From NCBI GenBank assembly GCA_017532025.1, contig JAFXJX010000090.1:9910-73909 (forward strand): DNA of 64,000 bases, given 5' to 3'. A model generated the notes under the pieces. The model ran no database searches. It saw only the letters and a program-made list of their open reading frames with translations, and was not told where the DNA came from. Position numbers and translations under genes: made by a program. The stretch is from Clostridia bacterium (GTDB taxonomy: Bacteria > Bacillota > Clostridia > Oscillospirales > CAG-272). This document shows positions 1 to 8,541 of the stretch, piece after piece (the stretch's first letter is position 1; every line of letters begins with the position of its first letter).

Positions 1-1
1 C

Positions 2-3000
2 CATGCCTTTGTTCCGCACCAAACCATCTCCCCGACAGGTCACACCGAAATCACTGACCCTCGCGTAGAGCCCACCTGCACCGAAACAGGGCTTACCGAG
101 GGCAAGCACTGCTCGGTTTGCCACACGATTCTCAAAGCACAAACCGTACTTGACGCGCTTGGACACAGCGTCACCGTAACACCCGGCTATGCGCCCACCT
201 GTACCAAAGAAGGTCTGCAGGAAGGCAGACATTGCTCAAGATGTGATCAGACTCTGCAAGAGCAGACCGTATTGCCCCCCACGGGTCATACCGTCGTTAC
301 CGTAACGGGCACGCCTGCCACCTGTACCGAAATCGGCAGAAGCGATGCCGAATACTGCTCGGTCTGCAACGAAACCCTCTCTCTGCAAACCGTCCTGCCT
401 GCACTCGGACACGATTATGTCGACCACGTCTGCACGCGTTGTCAGCATGAGATTCACGACAGCGAAGGATTGAGCTTCACCTCCAACGGTGACGGCACCT
501 GCTACGTCAGCGGCATGGGCTCCTGCCGAGATCGAGACCTGATCATCCCCGAAAAAGCGCCCAACGGTGATCTTGTAATCGGCATTGCCGCTTACGCTTT
601 TGACGGTACCGATATCACGTCGGTAACGATACCCAAAGGCGTTACCACCATCGGACACAGCGCCTTTGCGTATTGCTATTATCTCAAAAACGTCTTTCTG
701 CCCGACACCGTCACCGCCATCGACAGCTACGCCTTCTACTATAACGAAAGTCTTGCCTCTATCTCTCTGCCGAGTGGCGTGACCTCGATTGGCAGCTACA
801 CCTTCGCCTACTGCTTTAAGCTTGAAAGCGTCGTTCTGCCCGAGGGCATCACCGAAATCGGCGAGCGCACCTTCCAATCCTGCTCCTCCTTGCAATCAAT
901 TCAAATTCCCGCAAGTGTAAGCAGCATCGGATACTACGCCTTCGCATATTGCCACAAGCTGAAAGAAATCACCCTGCCCGAGGGTCTTACTCAATTGAGT
1001 GACGCCGTATTCAGCGAATGTACCGCACTGGAAAGCATCACCCTGCCCGAGGGTCTTACCGCAATCGGCGCAAACGCATTCTATTACTGCACGTCACTGA
1101 AATCCATCACTCTGCCCAAGAGTCTTACCTCCATCGGCGAACACGCATTCTATTACTGTGCGTCGCTGACATCCATCTCCCTGCCCGCAGGTCTTACCGA
1201 GATCGGTATTTATGCATTCTATGATTGCCTGTCACTGACTGAAATCACAATTCCCGCAAGCATAACCACCCTGCCGTCTTGCGTGTTCTACAATTGCTCG
1301 TCCTTGACGAAGGTCACCCTGCCCGAAGGTCTTGGCGAAATCGGCAACTACGCATTCTACAACTGCACACAGCTTGCCGAGGTTGTCCTCCCCGAAGGCT
1401 TGAAAACCATCAGCTCCCAGGCATTCTGCAACTGCTCAAAGCTTACCAAAATCATCATTCCCGACAGCGTAAACACCATCGGCTACAACGCGTTCAGCTA
1501 CTGCTACGCCCTCTCTTTCGTTCAGATCGGTTCAGGTGTCACCTCAGCCGGCAGCGATATTTTCTACTCCTGTTCGGGTCTTGAAAAAGCCATCGTCGGC
1601 AGTACCTGGAACTATATGTTTAACGGTTGCCGCGCGCTGAAGGAAGTAGAAATCACCGATACGGTTACGGTGATTCCTTACTCCGCATTCAACGGATGCT
1701 CCTCTTTGACGAAAGTGACCTTGCCGTCCACGCTGACCGAAATTCAAGCCTCGGCATTCAACAGCTGCTCCTCGCTGGAATCGATTCAGTTCCCCGAGAG
1801 CCTTACTACCCTGGGCAATTACGCTTTCGCATATTGCTCGTCTCTGACCGAACTCGTCATTCCCGATTCAGTCACCACCATTGATTACTGCGCATTCAGT
1901 TACTGCTACGCTTTGAAATCGGTTCAGGTTGGCACAGGCGTAAGCCGTGCGGGCAGTGAGATCTTCTACGGTTGCTCGTCGCTTTCCACCGCCGTTGTGG
2001 GCAGTGCTTGGGAATCGATGTTCCGCTACTGCACAGTCCTTTCCGACGTCACCATTCTGAACACCGTCACCGTGATTCCTCCATATATGTTCGGTGAATG
2101 CAGCTCTTTGAAGGAACTCACCCTGCCCGATAGCATCACCGAAATCGGCGCCTACGCATTCCATTACTGCGTGGCACTCACGTCTATCAACATTCCCGAA
2201 ACGGTCACTTCGATCGGCTCGTATGCCTTCAGATCCTGCTCCTCCCTGACCTCTGTCAGCATTCCCGACGGCGTTACCGTGCTGAGCCAGGGTCTCTTCT
2301 ACGAATGCACAGCTCTGACCGAAATCACGCTGCCCGAGGGTCTGATCGAAATCGGCTCTTACGCATTCTGCGGTTGTACTTCTCTTTCTGAGATCACTCT
2401 GCCAAACAGCCTCACCGCAATCGGAAACGGCGCGTTCAGCGCCTGCTCATCCCTGAAGAGCATCACGATCCCCGAAGGCATCACCGCCATTGGCGAATCC
2501 ACCTTCTCGGGCTGTTCCGGTCTTGAAAGCGTAAACCTTCCGAGTGGCATCACCGAAATCGGCTCTTACGCATTCAGCTCTTGCTATGCCCTGAAAGAAA
2601 TCACCCTGCCCGAAAACCTGCTGACACTGGGCAACCACGCCTTCTATGAGTGCATAGCGCTCAAAACGGTGGTCATCGGCGGCAAGCTGCGACAGATTGA
2701 CTCTTACGCATTCTATGGATGCTCATCGCTTGAAAGCATCAACCTGCCCGAGGGTCTCACCTTCATTGGCAACGATGCCTTCCACGGTTGCTCGTCGCTT
2801 GAGAGCATCAGCCTGCCCGAAGGTCTTACCACCATTGACAGTTACGCCTTCTATGGATGTAGCTCTCTTTCCGAGATCACCATTCCCGACAGCGTAACGC
2901 GCATTGGCAACTATGCCTTTGCCGACTGCTCTGCCCTGGCATCGGTCAACATCGGCACAGGCGTCACTTCTGCCGGTGACGGCATATTTGCATACTGCTC

Positions 3001-4480
3001 CAACATCAGAACCGCCGTCATCGGCAGCACTTGGTACAATATGTTCAACAGTTGCTCATCGTTGACCGACGCAACCATTCTGAATGGCGTTACCGACATT
3101 CCCTCGTACACCTTCCGGTATTGCTACGCGCTGAAAAACGTAACCATTCCGAGCAGCGTAACGAGCATTGGATACCACGCTTTTGAAAGCTGTACCTCGC
3201 TCACCGAAATCAGCATTCCCGACAGCGTAACGACGATTGGCAGCTACGCCTTCACAGGTTGTACCTCTCTTTCCGAAATCACCATTCCCAACAGCGTCAC
3301 CTCGATCGACTCGGGCGCCTTCGCGGGTTGCTCCTCTCTGGCATCGGTTTCGATCGGCACAGGCATCACCTCTGCCGGAAGCGACATCTTCTGGTATTGC
3401 ACAAGCCTGCAATCCGCCGTTGTGGGCAGCGCGTGGACCAATATGTTCTATCAGTGCAATGCCCTCACGGACGTCACCATTCTCAACAACGTCACCGTCA
3501 TTCCCTCGTATATGTTCTATGCTTGCTCCTCGCTCAAGAGCCTGGTCATCCCCGAGGGTGTCACCAAAATTGAGAATTACGCCTTCTGCGATTGCACCGC
3601 GTTGGAAGCTCTCTCTCTTCCCAACAGCTTAGAAACACTTGACTCCTCCGCCTTGCAGAACACAAACGCTTTGGTCTACAACGAGTATGACAACGCCTAC
3701 TATCTTGGCAACGAAACCAATCCTTGCGTCGTTCTGATCAAAGCAAAGAACACCGACATCACCTCGTGCGAGATCAACAACAGCACCAAACTCATTGCCA
3801 ACAATGCGTTTGCCTACTGCCGAAATCTCACCGAAATCACCGTCCCCGACAGCGTACTGACGATTGGTAGCTACGCCTTCTTTCAGTGTACCTCGCTCAG
3901 CACGGTTACGGTTGGCAACAGCCTGAAGCAGATCGAAAACCATGCGTTCTACCAGTGCTCGGCGCTCAAGAGCATCACGCTTCCCGAAACGCTCATCAGC
4001 ATCGGACAGTACGCCTTCCACGGTTGCTCGGCGCTTGAAAGCATCAATCTTCCCTCGGGTCTGACCAATTTGGGTACTTACGCTTTCTACGATTGCAACT
4101 CGCTCACTTCAATCGTCATTCCCGACAGCCTGACCTGTATCAACAGCTACACCTTCTACTGCTGCACCTCGCTGTCCGATGTGGTTCTGGGTAACGGCAT
4201 CACCGCCATCTACGGTTCTGCCTTCTATGGCTGCACCTCGCTTACCTCGATCGTTATCCCCGCAAACGTGCGTCAGATCTCCTCTTACGCTTTCTACGGC
4301 TGTTCGTCCCTGACCTCTGCCACATTTGCCCAAACAAGCGGTTGGTATTACGAAAAATGGTATCAGAACTGGTGGGGCAGCGGATATTACCAGCAGTATT
4401 CGATCAGCAAGCTCGGCAACGCCTCCACCGCCGCAGGCAACCTCACCTCGACCTACGCAAGCCAAACCTGGTATCGCTGA
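2..4480 (+). CDS. Giant surface protein, 5'-truncated by the window edge. It has N-terminal tandem Cys-rich modules followed by dozens of BspA-type leucine-rich repeats (LRR_5-like).
   Basis: Frame 2 has no stop from nt 2, so tracked ORF 272..4480 continues off the left edge. Nt 2-430 encode ~42-aa modules PTCTExG...CSxC...QTVLxALGH. The rest is the reiterated unit IPxxVTxIGxxAFxxCxxLxxIxLP. The stop at 4478-4480 is followed by a hairpin terminator. Confidence 0.85.
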   Translation, partial: HAFVPHQTISPTGHTEITDPRVEPTCTETGLTEGKHCSVCHTILKAQTVLDALGHSVTVTPGYAPTCTKEGLQEGRHCSRCDQTLQEQTVLPPTGHTVVTVTGTPATCTEIGRSDAEYCSVCNETLSLQTVLPALGHDYVDHVCTRCQHEIHDSEGLSFTSNGDGTCYVSGMGSCRDRDLIIPEKAPNGDLVIGIAAYAFDGTDITSVTIPKGVTTIGHSAFAYCYYLKNVFLPDTVTAIDSYAFYYNESLASISLPSGVTSIGSYTFAYCFKLESVVLPEGITEIGERTFQSCSSLQSIQIPASVSSIGYYAFAYCHKLKEITLPEGLTQLSDAVFSECTALESITLPEGLTAIGANAFYYCTSLKSITLPKSLTSIGEHAFYYCASLTSISLPAGLTEIGIYAFYDCLSLTEITIPASITTLPSCVFYNCSSLTKVTLPEGLGEIGNYAFYNCTQLAEVVLPEGLKTISSQAFCNCSKLTKIIIPDSVNTIGYNAFSYCYALSFVQIGSGVTSAGSDIFYSCSGLEKAIVGSTWNYMFNGCRALKEVEITDTVTVIPYSAFNGCSSLTKVTLPSTLTEIQASAFNSCSSLESIQFPESLTTLGNYAFAYCSSLTELVIPDSVTTIDYCAFSYCYALKSVQVGTGVSRAGSEIFYGCSSLSTAVVGSAWESMFRYCTVLSDVTILNTVTVIPPYMFGECSSLKELTLPDSITEIGAYAFHYCVALTSINIPETVTSIGSYAFRSCSSLTSVSIPDGVTVLSQGLFYECTALTEITLPEGLIEIGSYAFCGCTSLSEITLPNSLTAIGNGAFSACSSLKSITIPEGITAIGESTFSGCSGLESVNLPSGITEIGSYAFSSCYALKEITLPENLLTLGNHAFYECIALKTVVIGGKLRQIDSYAFYGCSSLESINLPEGLTFIGNDAFHGCSSLESISLPEGLTTIDSYAFYGCSSLSEITIPDSVTRIGNYAFADCSALASVNIGTGVTSAGDGIFAYCSNIRTAVIGSTWYNMFNSCSSLTDATILNGVTDIPSYTFRYCYALKNVTIPSSVTSIGYHAFESCTSLTEISIPDSVTTIGSYAFTGCTSLSEITIPNSVTSIDSGAFAGCSSLASVSIGTGITSAGSDIFWYCTSLQSAVVGSAWTNMFYQCNALTDVTILNNVTVIPSYMFYACSSLKSLVIPEGVTKIENYAFCDCTALEALSLPNSLETLDSSALQNTNALVYNEYDNAYYLGNETNPCVVLIKAKNTDITSCEINNSTKLIANNAFAYCRNLTEITVPDSVLTIGSYAFFQCTSLSTVTVGNSLKQIENHAFYQCSALKSITLPETLISIGQYAFHGCSALESINLPSGLTNLGTYAFYDCNSLTSIVIPDSLTCINSYTFYCCTSLSDVVLGNGITAIYGSAFYGCTSLTSIVIPANVRQISSYAFYGCSSLTSATFAQTSGWYYEKWYQNWWGSGYYQQYSISKLGNASTAAGNLTSTYASQTWYR

Positions 4481-4523
4481 TTCTCTTCCCCATCCTGTCT
4501 CGAAAGGATAACCAAAACAAAAA

Positions 4524-4556
4524 ACGGCTTACGGGAAATCCCGTAAGCCGTTTTGA
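4524..4556. terminator. Bidirectional rho-independent terminator
   Basis: CGGCTTACGGG-aaat-CCCGTAAGCCG stem-loop flanked by an A-run upstream and a T-run downstream. It lies between the convergent ends at 4480 (+) and 4568 (-). Confidence 0.7.
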
Positions 4557-4567
4557 TTTGATTCGGT

Positions 4568-4777
4568 TTATTTTACCGTTTTATAATCGGTTACAAGCTG
4601 AATATTGTCTACGTAAACAGGCTTGCCCACCATTTCGGAGGAGTTTGCGCTCATATAGAAGTAAATGCCCGAAATCGCAGAATTCGAATTGAGTTTGCTT
4701 GAGCCGCAGTACATATCCGAGATCGGAAAGGCGAAATAGCCCTTGTAGCCCGCAACCGAGCAGCTGTCGCCCGCGCC
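4568..4777 (-). pseudogene. Orphan 3' fragment (last 69 codons) of a paralog of the phosphoesterase lipoprotein gene 10173..12056
   Basis: It encodes GAGDSCSVAGYKGYFAFPISDMYCG...KPVYVDNIQLVTDYKTVK, colinear without gaps with the C-terminus of ORF 10173..12098. Upstream of GAGD the similarity stops and there is no catalytic domain or start context. Confidence 0.75.
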
Positions 4778-4795
4778 TATTTCGGTGATAGGTTT

Positions 4796-5137
4796 ACTCG
4801 GTATTACGAAACGGAGCGCAGAGAGATAACGCAAGAGCCAACGGCAAAGGAAATCTGCTTTGTTTGTATCCGTGAGGATGGCACGTATATCACGCCCCGA
4901 ACAATGCAACACACATCACGCATTATACATCTTGACTTGAACATAAGGGATTTTGATTATCATAGCCTACGGCACACCCACGCCACAGTTTTGCTTGAAA
5001 AGGGCGCACCGCTCAAATACATTCAGCAAAGGCTCGGACACAAAAAGATAGACATAACGATAAACGTGTATCAGCACTTGACCGATGACCTGCGGCAAAT
5101 GGGAACGGACATTCTCAACGGCATTTTTACCTCATAA
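4796..5137 (+). pseudogene. Tyrosine recombinase (phage-type integrase), C-terminal fragment only
   Basis: Translation reads ...ICFVCIREDGTYITPRTMQHTSRIIHLDLNIRDFDYHSLRHTHATVLLEKGAPLKYIQQRLGHKKIDITINVYQH. This is the HxLRHT...LGH...Y catalytic C-terminus. The N-terminal SAM-like domain and the box I Arg region are absent, and the frame runs straight into the 4568-4777 fragment. Confidence 0.8.
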
Positions 5138-5268
5138 CCGCTCTCTCAAAGTATGCCTTTTTATCCCTAACTACTCGGCAATTTTTATACAATCCCTCTC
5201 GGAGTAGTATAAACGGCTTATGAGCGCTTGAATGGTGCTTGTAAGCCGTACTATTTAGGGTAAACTAC

Positions 5269-5297
5269 TTGCAAAAAGCAGAAAACTGTGATATAAT
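5269..5297 (+). promoter_or_regulatory. Sigma-A-type promoter (TTGCAA-17-TATAAT)
   Basis: TTGCAA at 5269-5274, a 17-nt spacer, and TATAAT at 5292-5297. No ORF begins for about 240 nt downstream. Confidence 0.5.
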
Positions 5298-5487
5298 ATA
5301 TATGCCACATAATTCAATCAACAAATTTTACGGGATAACTCTCTAATTTTTTAGAGGGTTTTGTAACTATACCTTTTTTCATACGTCGATAATGGATTTG
5401 GCAAAAATGCGATTTCCGCTCGACGTGTGAAGGAGAGTATCCTGATTTGTTGAGAATTGTGTGGCAACAATGGAAACGCATTTTTCG

Positions 5488-5524
5488 GGTGCGTTCTCAT
5501 TGGAGCGCACCTTTTTTATTTTCA
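5488..5524 (+). terminator. Intrinsic terminator at the end of the 5300-5520 leader or small RNA
   Basis: GGTGCGTTC-tcattg-GAGCGCACC followed by TTTTTTATTTT. An upstream AACGCA...TGCGTT pairing shares the GCGTT segment and is a possible antiterminator. Confidence 0.55.
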
Positions 5525-5543
5525 GCGAAAGGAGGGAAAGACA

Positions 5544-5735
5544 ATGACTTTATACAATGAAGTTAAAATGCTTGATGAAAAAATCAATGCCATTGATATG
5601 CCTTTTGATAAGGGTCTACCGCTTCTTCAAAATCTGTTATGGGAAATCGCAGACCGTCACAATACAACAGGTCCAGAAGAATTAAGAATGTATTTTGATA
5701 TGAAATCAGCAGAATTAAAAAATAGCAAGGAGTGA
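5544..5735 (+). CDS. Small hypothetical protein (63 aa)
   Basis: ATG at 5544 is preceded by AAGGAGGGA. It was chosen over the tracked upstream start at 5457. No recognisable motif. Confidence 0.5.
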   Translation: MTLYNEVKMLDEKINAIDMPFDKGLPLLQNLLWEIADRHNTTGPEELRMYFDMKSAELKNSKE

Positions 5736-5808
5736 CAAAATGAAAAAAATAATTGCATTGTTTGAACTGCCCCAAATTTCACAGGATGTGTTTTTTCTTT
5801 CCTACCCG

Positions 5809-5837
5809 TTGACACCGTACCGCCGAGATGCTATACT
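5809..5837 (+). promoter_or_regulatory. Sigma-A-type promoter (TTGACA-17-TATACT)
   Basis: TTGACA at 5809-5814, a 17-nt spacer, and TATACT at 5832-5837, about 40 nt upstream of the RBS AGGAGGA and the ATG at 5877. Confidence 0.6.
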
Positions 5838-5876
5838 GTAACCACAAGCCACCGTTTTACCACAGGAGGAGAAAAT

Positions 5877-7166
5877 ATGATGAAAACGCTTCTGAAAATA
5901 GCTCTCTGTCTGATTATGATCAGTTTCGCCGTAATGGCAATCACATCCTGCGACAGCACGAAAGAAAGCAAAGGACTTGAATTTCACCTCAGCGATAACG
6001 ACACCTACGAGGTGATCGGCATCGGTGAGTGCAAGGATCTTGATATTATCATTCCAAAAAAGTACAAAGGCAAACCGGTAATCATGATCGATGACTCTGC
6101 TTTTAGCGGATGCGACGAGATCACAAGCGTGACCATCCCCGACGGCGTTGCGTTTATTGGCGAATTTGCATTTTCGAACTGTGAAGAATTGACTGAAATC
6201 AACCTTCCTGCCAGCATCCTGACCATCGGAAACAACGCATTTCAAGGTTGTGAAGATCTTGCCAAAGTCAACATTGCCGATCTTGCAGCTTGGTGCGATA
6301 TCACTTTCTATAACATTTTTTCCAATCCCTTGTATTTTGCCCAAAAACTATCTGTAAAAGGAGAAAGCGTCACCGATCTTGTCATTCCCAACGGTGTCAC
6401 AAGCATTGCAAACTACGCCTTTGCCGGCTGTAATCGCCTGACAAGCGTGACAATTCCCGACGGTGTGACAAAAATCGGTAACAGCGCCTTTTTGCTCTGC
6501 AGTCGATTGGAGCACGTCACACTCGGAAACGACCTGACCGATGTGGGGATCGGTGCTTTTGCTTCCTGTGACGATCTTGCCTATACCGAATATGAAAACG
6601 GAAACTATCTCGGCAACGAAAACAATCCCTACCAAGTATTGATCAGTATCCCAAGCACCGATATTTCGTCTTTCGTTATCCATCCCAACACCAAAGCCAT
6701 TGGCGGCGGCTCTTTTTCCTACTGCAGCAAACTGACCGCCATCACTCTCCCCGAGGGTCTTGTGTTTGTTGGAAGAAACGCGTTTTCCAATTGCCGCGCA
6801 CTCACACAGATCACAATTCCCGATAGCGTAACCACGATCGGATACAACGCCTTTGGTGATTGCTACGAACTAGCAAACGTCACGTTTGGCAAGAACTTAA
6901 AGACCATTGACACCGGCGCATTTGCATTCTGCGGCAATCTCAAAACCGTAACCTTCCCCGATGGTCTTGAATCAATCGGCTATCAAGCATTTTGTTGGAC
7001 CAACCTTAAAAGTGTCACAATCCCCCAAAGCGTAACAACGATTGCTAAGAGTGCTTTTGGCGGTAGTCCCACAATCTACTGCCAAGCATCGCGCCAACCC
7101 GAGGGCTGGGATAACGAATGGGCAGAGTCGGGTTGCACTGTCATTTGGAACGCCAAAGAGAACTGA
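5877..7166 (+). CDS. Lipoprotein with BspA-type leucine-rich repeats
   Basis: Signal peptide plus lipobox (MMKTLLKIALCLIMISFAVMAITSC), then repeated IPDGVxxIGxxAFxxCxxLxxVTxP units as in the giant LRR protein. Confidence 0.85.
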   Translation: MMKTLLKIALCLIMISFAVMAITSCDSTKESKGLEFHLSDNDTYEVIGIGECKDLDIIIPKKYKGKPVIMIDDSAFSGCDEITSVTIPDGVAFIGEFAFSNCEELTEINLPASILTIGNNAFQGCEDLAKVNIADLAAWCDITFYNIFSNPLYFAQKLSVKGESVTDLVIPNGVTSIANYAFAGCNRLTSVTIPDGVTKIGNSAFLLCSRLEHVTLGNDLTDVGIGAFASCDDLAYTEYENGNYLGNENNPYQVLISIPSTDISSFVIHPNTKAIGGGSFSYCSKLTAITLPEGLVFVGRNAFSNCRALTQITIPDSVTTIGYNAFGDCYELANVTFGKNLKTIDTGAFAFCGNLKTVTFPDGLESIGYQAFCWTNLKSVTIPQSVTTIAKSAFGGSPTIYCQASRQPEGWDNEWAESGCTVIWNAKEN

Positions 7167-7176
7167 CACGCCATTC

Positions 7177-7200
7177 GGGTCATTCGTGAATGACCCCTAC
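7177..7200 (-). repeat. REP-like unit (GTAG + hairpin), read on the minus strand as GTAGGGGTCATTCACGAATGACCC
   Basis: GGGTCATTC-gt-GAATGACCC hairpin immediately followed by CTAC on the plus strand, 11 nt after the stop at 7166. Confidence 0.5.
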
Positions 7201-7223
7201 AAAATCAAATCGAATAAAAAGTT

Positions 7224-7270
7224 GGACACATCATTTGGGACTCTTCCCTTTTGATGTGTCCAATATTTTT
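7224..7270. terminator. Bidirectional terminator hairpin, copy 1 of the GGACACATCA stem family
   Basis: GGACACATCA (7224-7233) pairs with TGATGTGTCC (7252-7261). It has an A-rich 5' flank and the 3' flank AATATTTTT, and lies between convergent genes. Confidence 0.6.
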
Positions 7271-7325
7271 GCGGTAGAAAGTATGAAACAAGAGCAAAAG
7301 CATAACCGCTCGTTCTGAGCCACTC

Positions 7326-7661
7326 TCACTCCACAACTGTTACGTTTCCGTTTTCGTCGATGATTTCAATCAGGATTTCATCAGCGTATTTTTTATCGTA
7401 ATAATACTTACTGTCTCTCAGTAAGGTAATCAACTTTTCAATGACATCGTCATATTTCTTTTGACGCAAAACCTCTAATCCAACGATTTGAATATGGATT
7501 GGATCACAGCCCACCATATCGGTCATGCAATCCCAAAAAGCATCCCAATTGCATCCGTAATAATCGGGAAAATCAAGCTCCTTTTGGATTACCTCATGCA
7601 TTTGACGGTAGTATTTAACGTTAGTAAAATCAAGTCGATAGATTTCTTTATATTCGTACAT
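7326..7661 (-). CDS. Barstar-family ribonuclease inhibitor (immunity protein)
   Basis: MHEVIQKELDFPDYYGCNWDAFWDCMTD matches the barstar core [28 protein letters not shown] (recalled). It starts 9 nt after the toxin stop, with RBS AAGGAGAG. Confidence 0.9.
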   Translation of the reverse strand: MYEYKEIYRLDFTNVKYYRQMHEVIQKELDFPDYYGCNWDAFWDCMTDMVGCDPIHIQIVGLEVLRQKKYDDVIEKLITLLRDSKYYYDKKYADEILIEIIDENGNVTVVE

Positions 7662-7670
7662 ATACTCTCC

Positions 7671-8210
7671 TTATCTTGTTATCTCGTAGTATGTTTGATA
7701 GTGATCATAGGTAACAAAGAGAAGACCGTCACTCGAAAACAAAATACGATCATGTCCCCTATACCCTCCATAATAGTTTATATCTGCTTCATACCATGTT
7801 CTATCCGACGCAGATGGCAATTTTCCATCATTGTTTTTGTAAATCTTTCCACCCATCATTTTTCCCGGAGCGACCTCGCCAAGATTCCCTTTTTTTGAAG
7901 ACCACCCCAAGTGTTTTGCCTCATTCTGAGAAATATAATACTCCGGCAACCGATTCTCGTACATCAAGCAATAATCCGCTCCGTTGATTCCCTCAAGCGT
8001 TGCCGTGCCAACTGCTTTGGTTCGCATCGGCACGATACGGCATTTTCCGTTGATATGTAACGGAATATATACACTCTCGTCCACATCATACGGAAAAATC
8101 GTTCCGTGTTTCGCGGCACATTCTTTGCAGGTTGTCAAACTCAAATTCGACATCCAGTTTTTCCAATTCTTGCTGTTCCCTTCAAGGTTTTTGTCAGGCG
8201 ATATTTGCAT
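7671..8210 (-). CDS. Barnase-family (RNase N1/T1 superfamily) toxin with a short N-terminal MuF/SPP1-gp7-like segment
   Basis: The C-terminal 110 aa read LPEYYISQNEAKHLGWSSKKGNLGEVAPGKMMGGKIYKNNDGKLP..RTWYEADINY..GYRGHDRILFSSDGLLFVTYDHYQTYYEITR. This aligns along its length with B. amyloliquefaciens barnase, including the catalytic Glu (EADIN) and His (DHYQT). The N-terminus TTCKECAAKHGTIF...PLHINGKCRIVPM resembles the end of the Phage_Mu_F domain. No signal peptide. Confidence 0.9.
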   Translation of the reverse strand: MQISPDKNLEGNSKNWKNWMSNLSLTTCKECAAKHGTIFPYDVDESVYIPLHINGKCRIVPMRTKAVGTATLEGINGADYCLMYENRLPEYYISQNEAKHLGWSSKKGNLGEVAPGKMMGGKIYKNNDGKLPSASDRTWYEADINYYGGYRGHDRILFSSDGLLFVTYDHYQTYYEITR

Positions 8211-8223
8211 ATTCTCACTCCTT

Positions 8224-8251
8224 ATTATACTGTTTTTTTCACCAATGTCAA
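8224..8251 (-). promoter_or_regulatory. Sigma-A-type promoter for the toxin-immunity pair (TTGACA-16-TATAAT)
   Basis: Minus strand reads TTGACAttggtgaaaaaaacagTATAATaaggagtgagaatATG. Confidence 0.55.
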
Positions 8252-8382
8252 CTCATCTCATTCGGTACACCTATTATCACATTCTCAAAACACAAATAGT
8301 ACTACCTTTTAAGCGGACTATGTAACAGCAAGTATAAAACAAATAGGGGCGATTCACGAAGTACCCACCCCATATAATCAAA

Positions 8383-8429
8383 CAAAAAAACGGACACATC
8401 ATTTTAGGGTTTTCCTATATGATGTGTCC
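8383..8429 (-). terminator. Terminator hairpin, copy 2 of the GGACACATCAT stem family
   Basis: GGACACATCAT (8392-8402) pairs with ATGATGTGTCC (8419-8429). On the minus strand it is followed by TTTTTTTG. It lies downstream of gene 8542..9294. Confidence 0.6.
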
Positions 8430-8541
8430 GATATTTTCATGTCAAAAAAGATATTTTACAATGAAAAAGCTGAAAAAGACGGTTCAATAAACAGTCTTTG
8501 AAAAAGACCGCAATATGTGTTTCATTTGCTTTTTGGATAAA

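Noticed and set aside
236-4465. Many tracked ORFs antisense to or out of frame with the giant LRR gene (e.g. 236..895, 1018..1224, 3056..3412, 3629..4021, 4109..4465).
   Set aside because: They lie wholly inside a 4.4-kb ORF with clear repeat-protein periodicity. Their translations are low-complexity, with no starts, RBSs or motifs. These are typical shadow ORFs of a repetitive gene.
5740-5841. 33-aa ORF (MKKIIALFELPQISQDVFFLSYPLTPYRRDAIL) with an AAGGAG RBS overlapping the stop of the 63-aa ORF.
   Set aside because: It overlaps the TTGACA-17-TATACT promoter of the LRR lipoprotein gene and has no recognisable features. It could be a remnant or chance ORF, so it is not reported as a gene.
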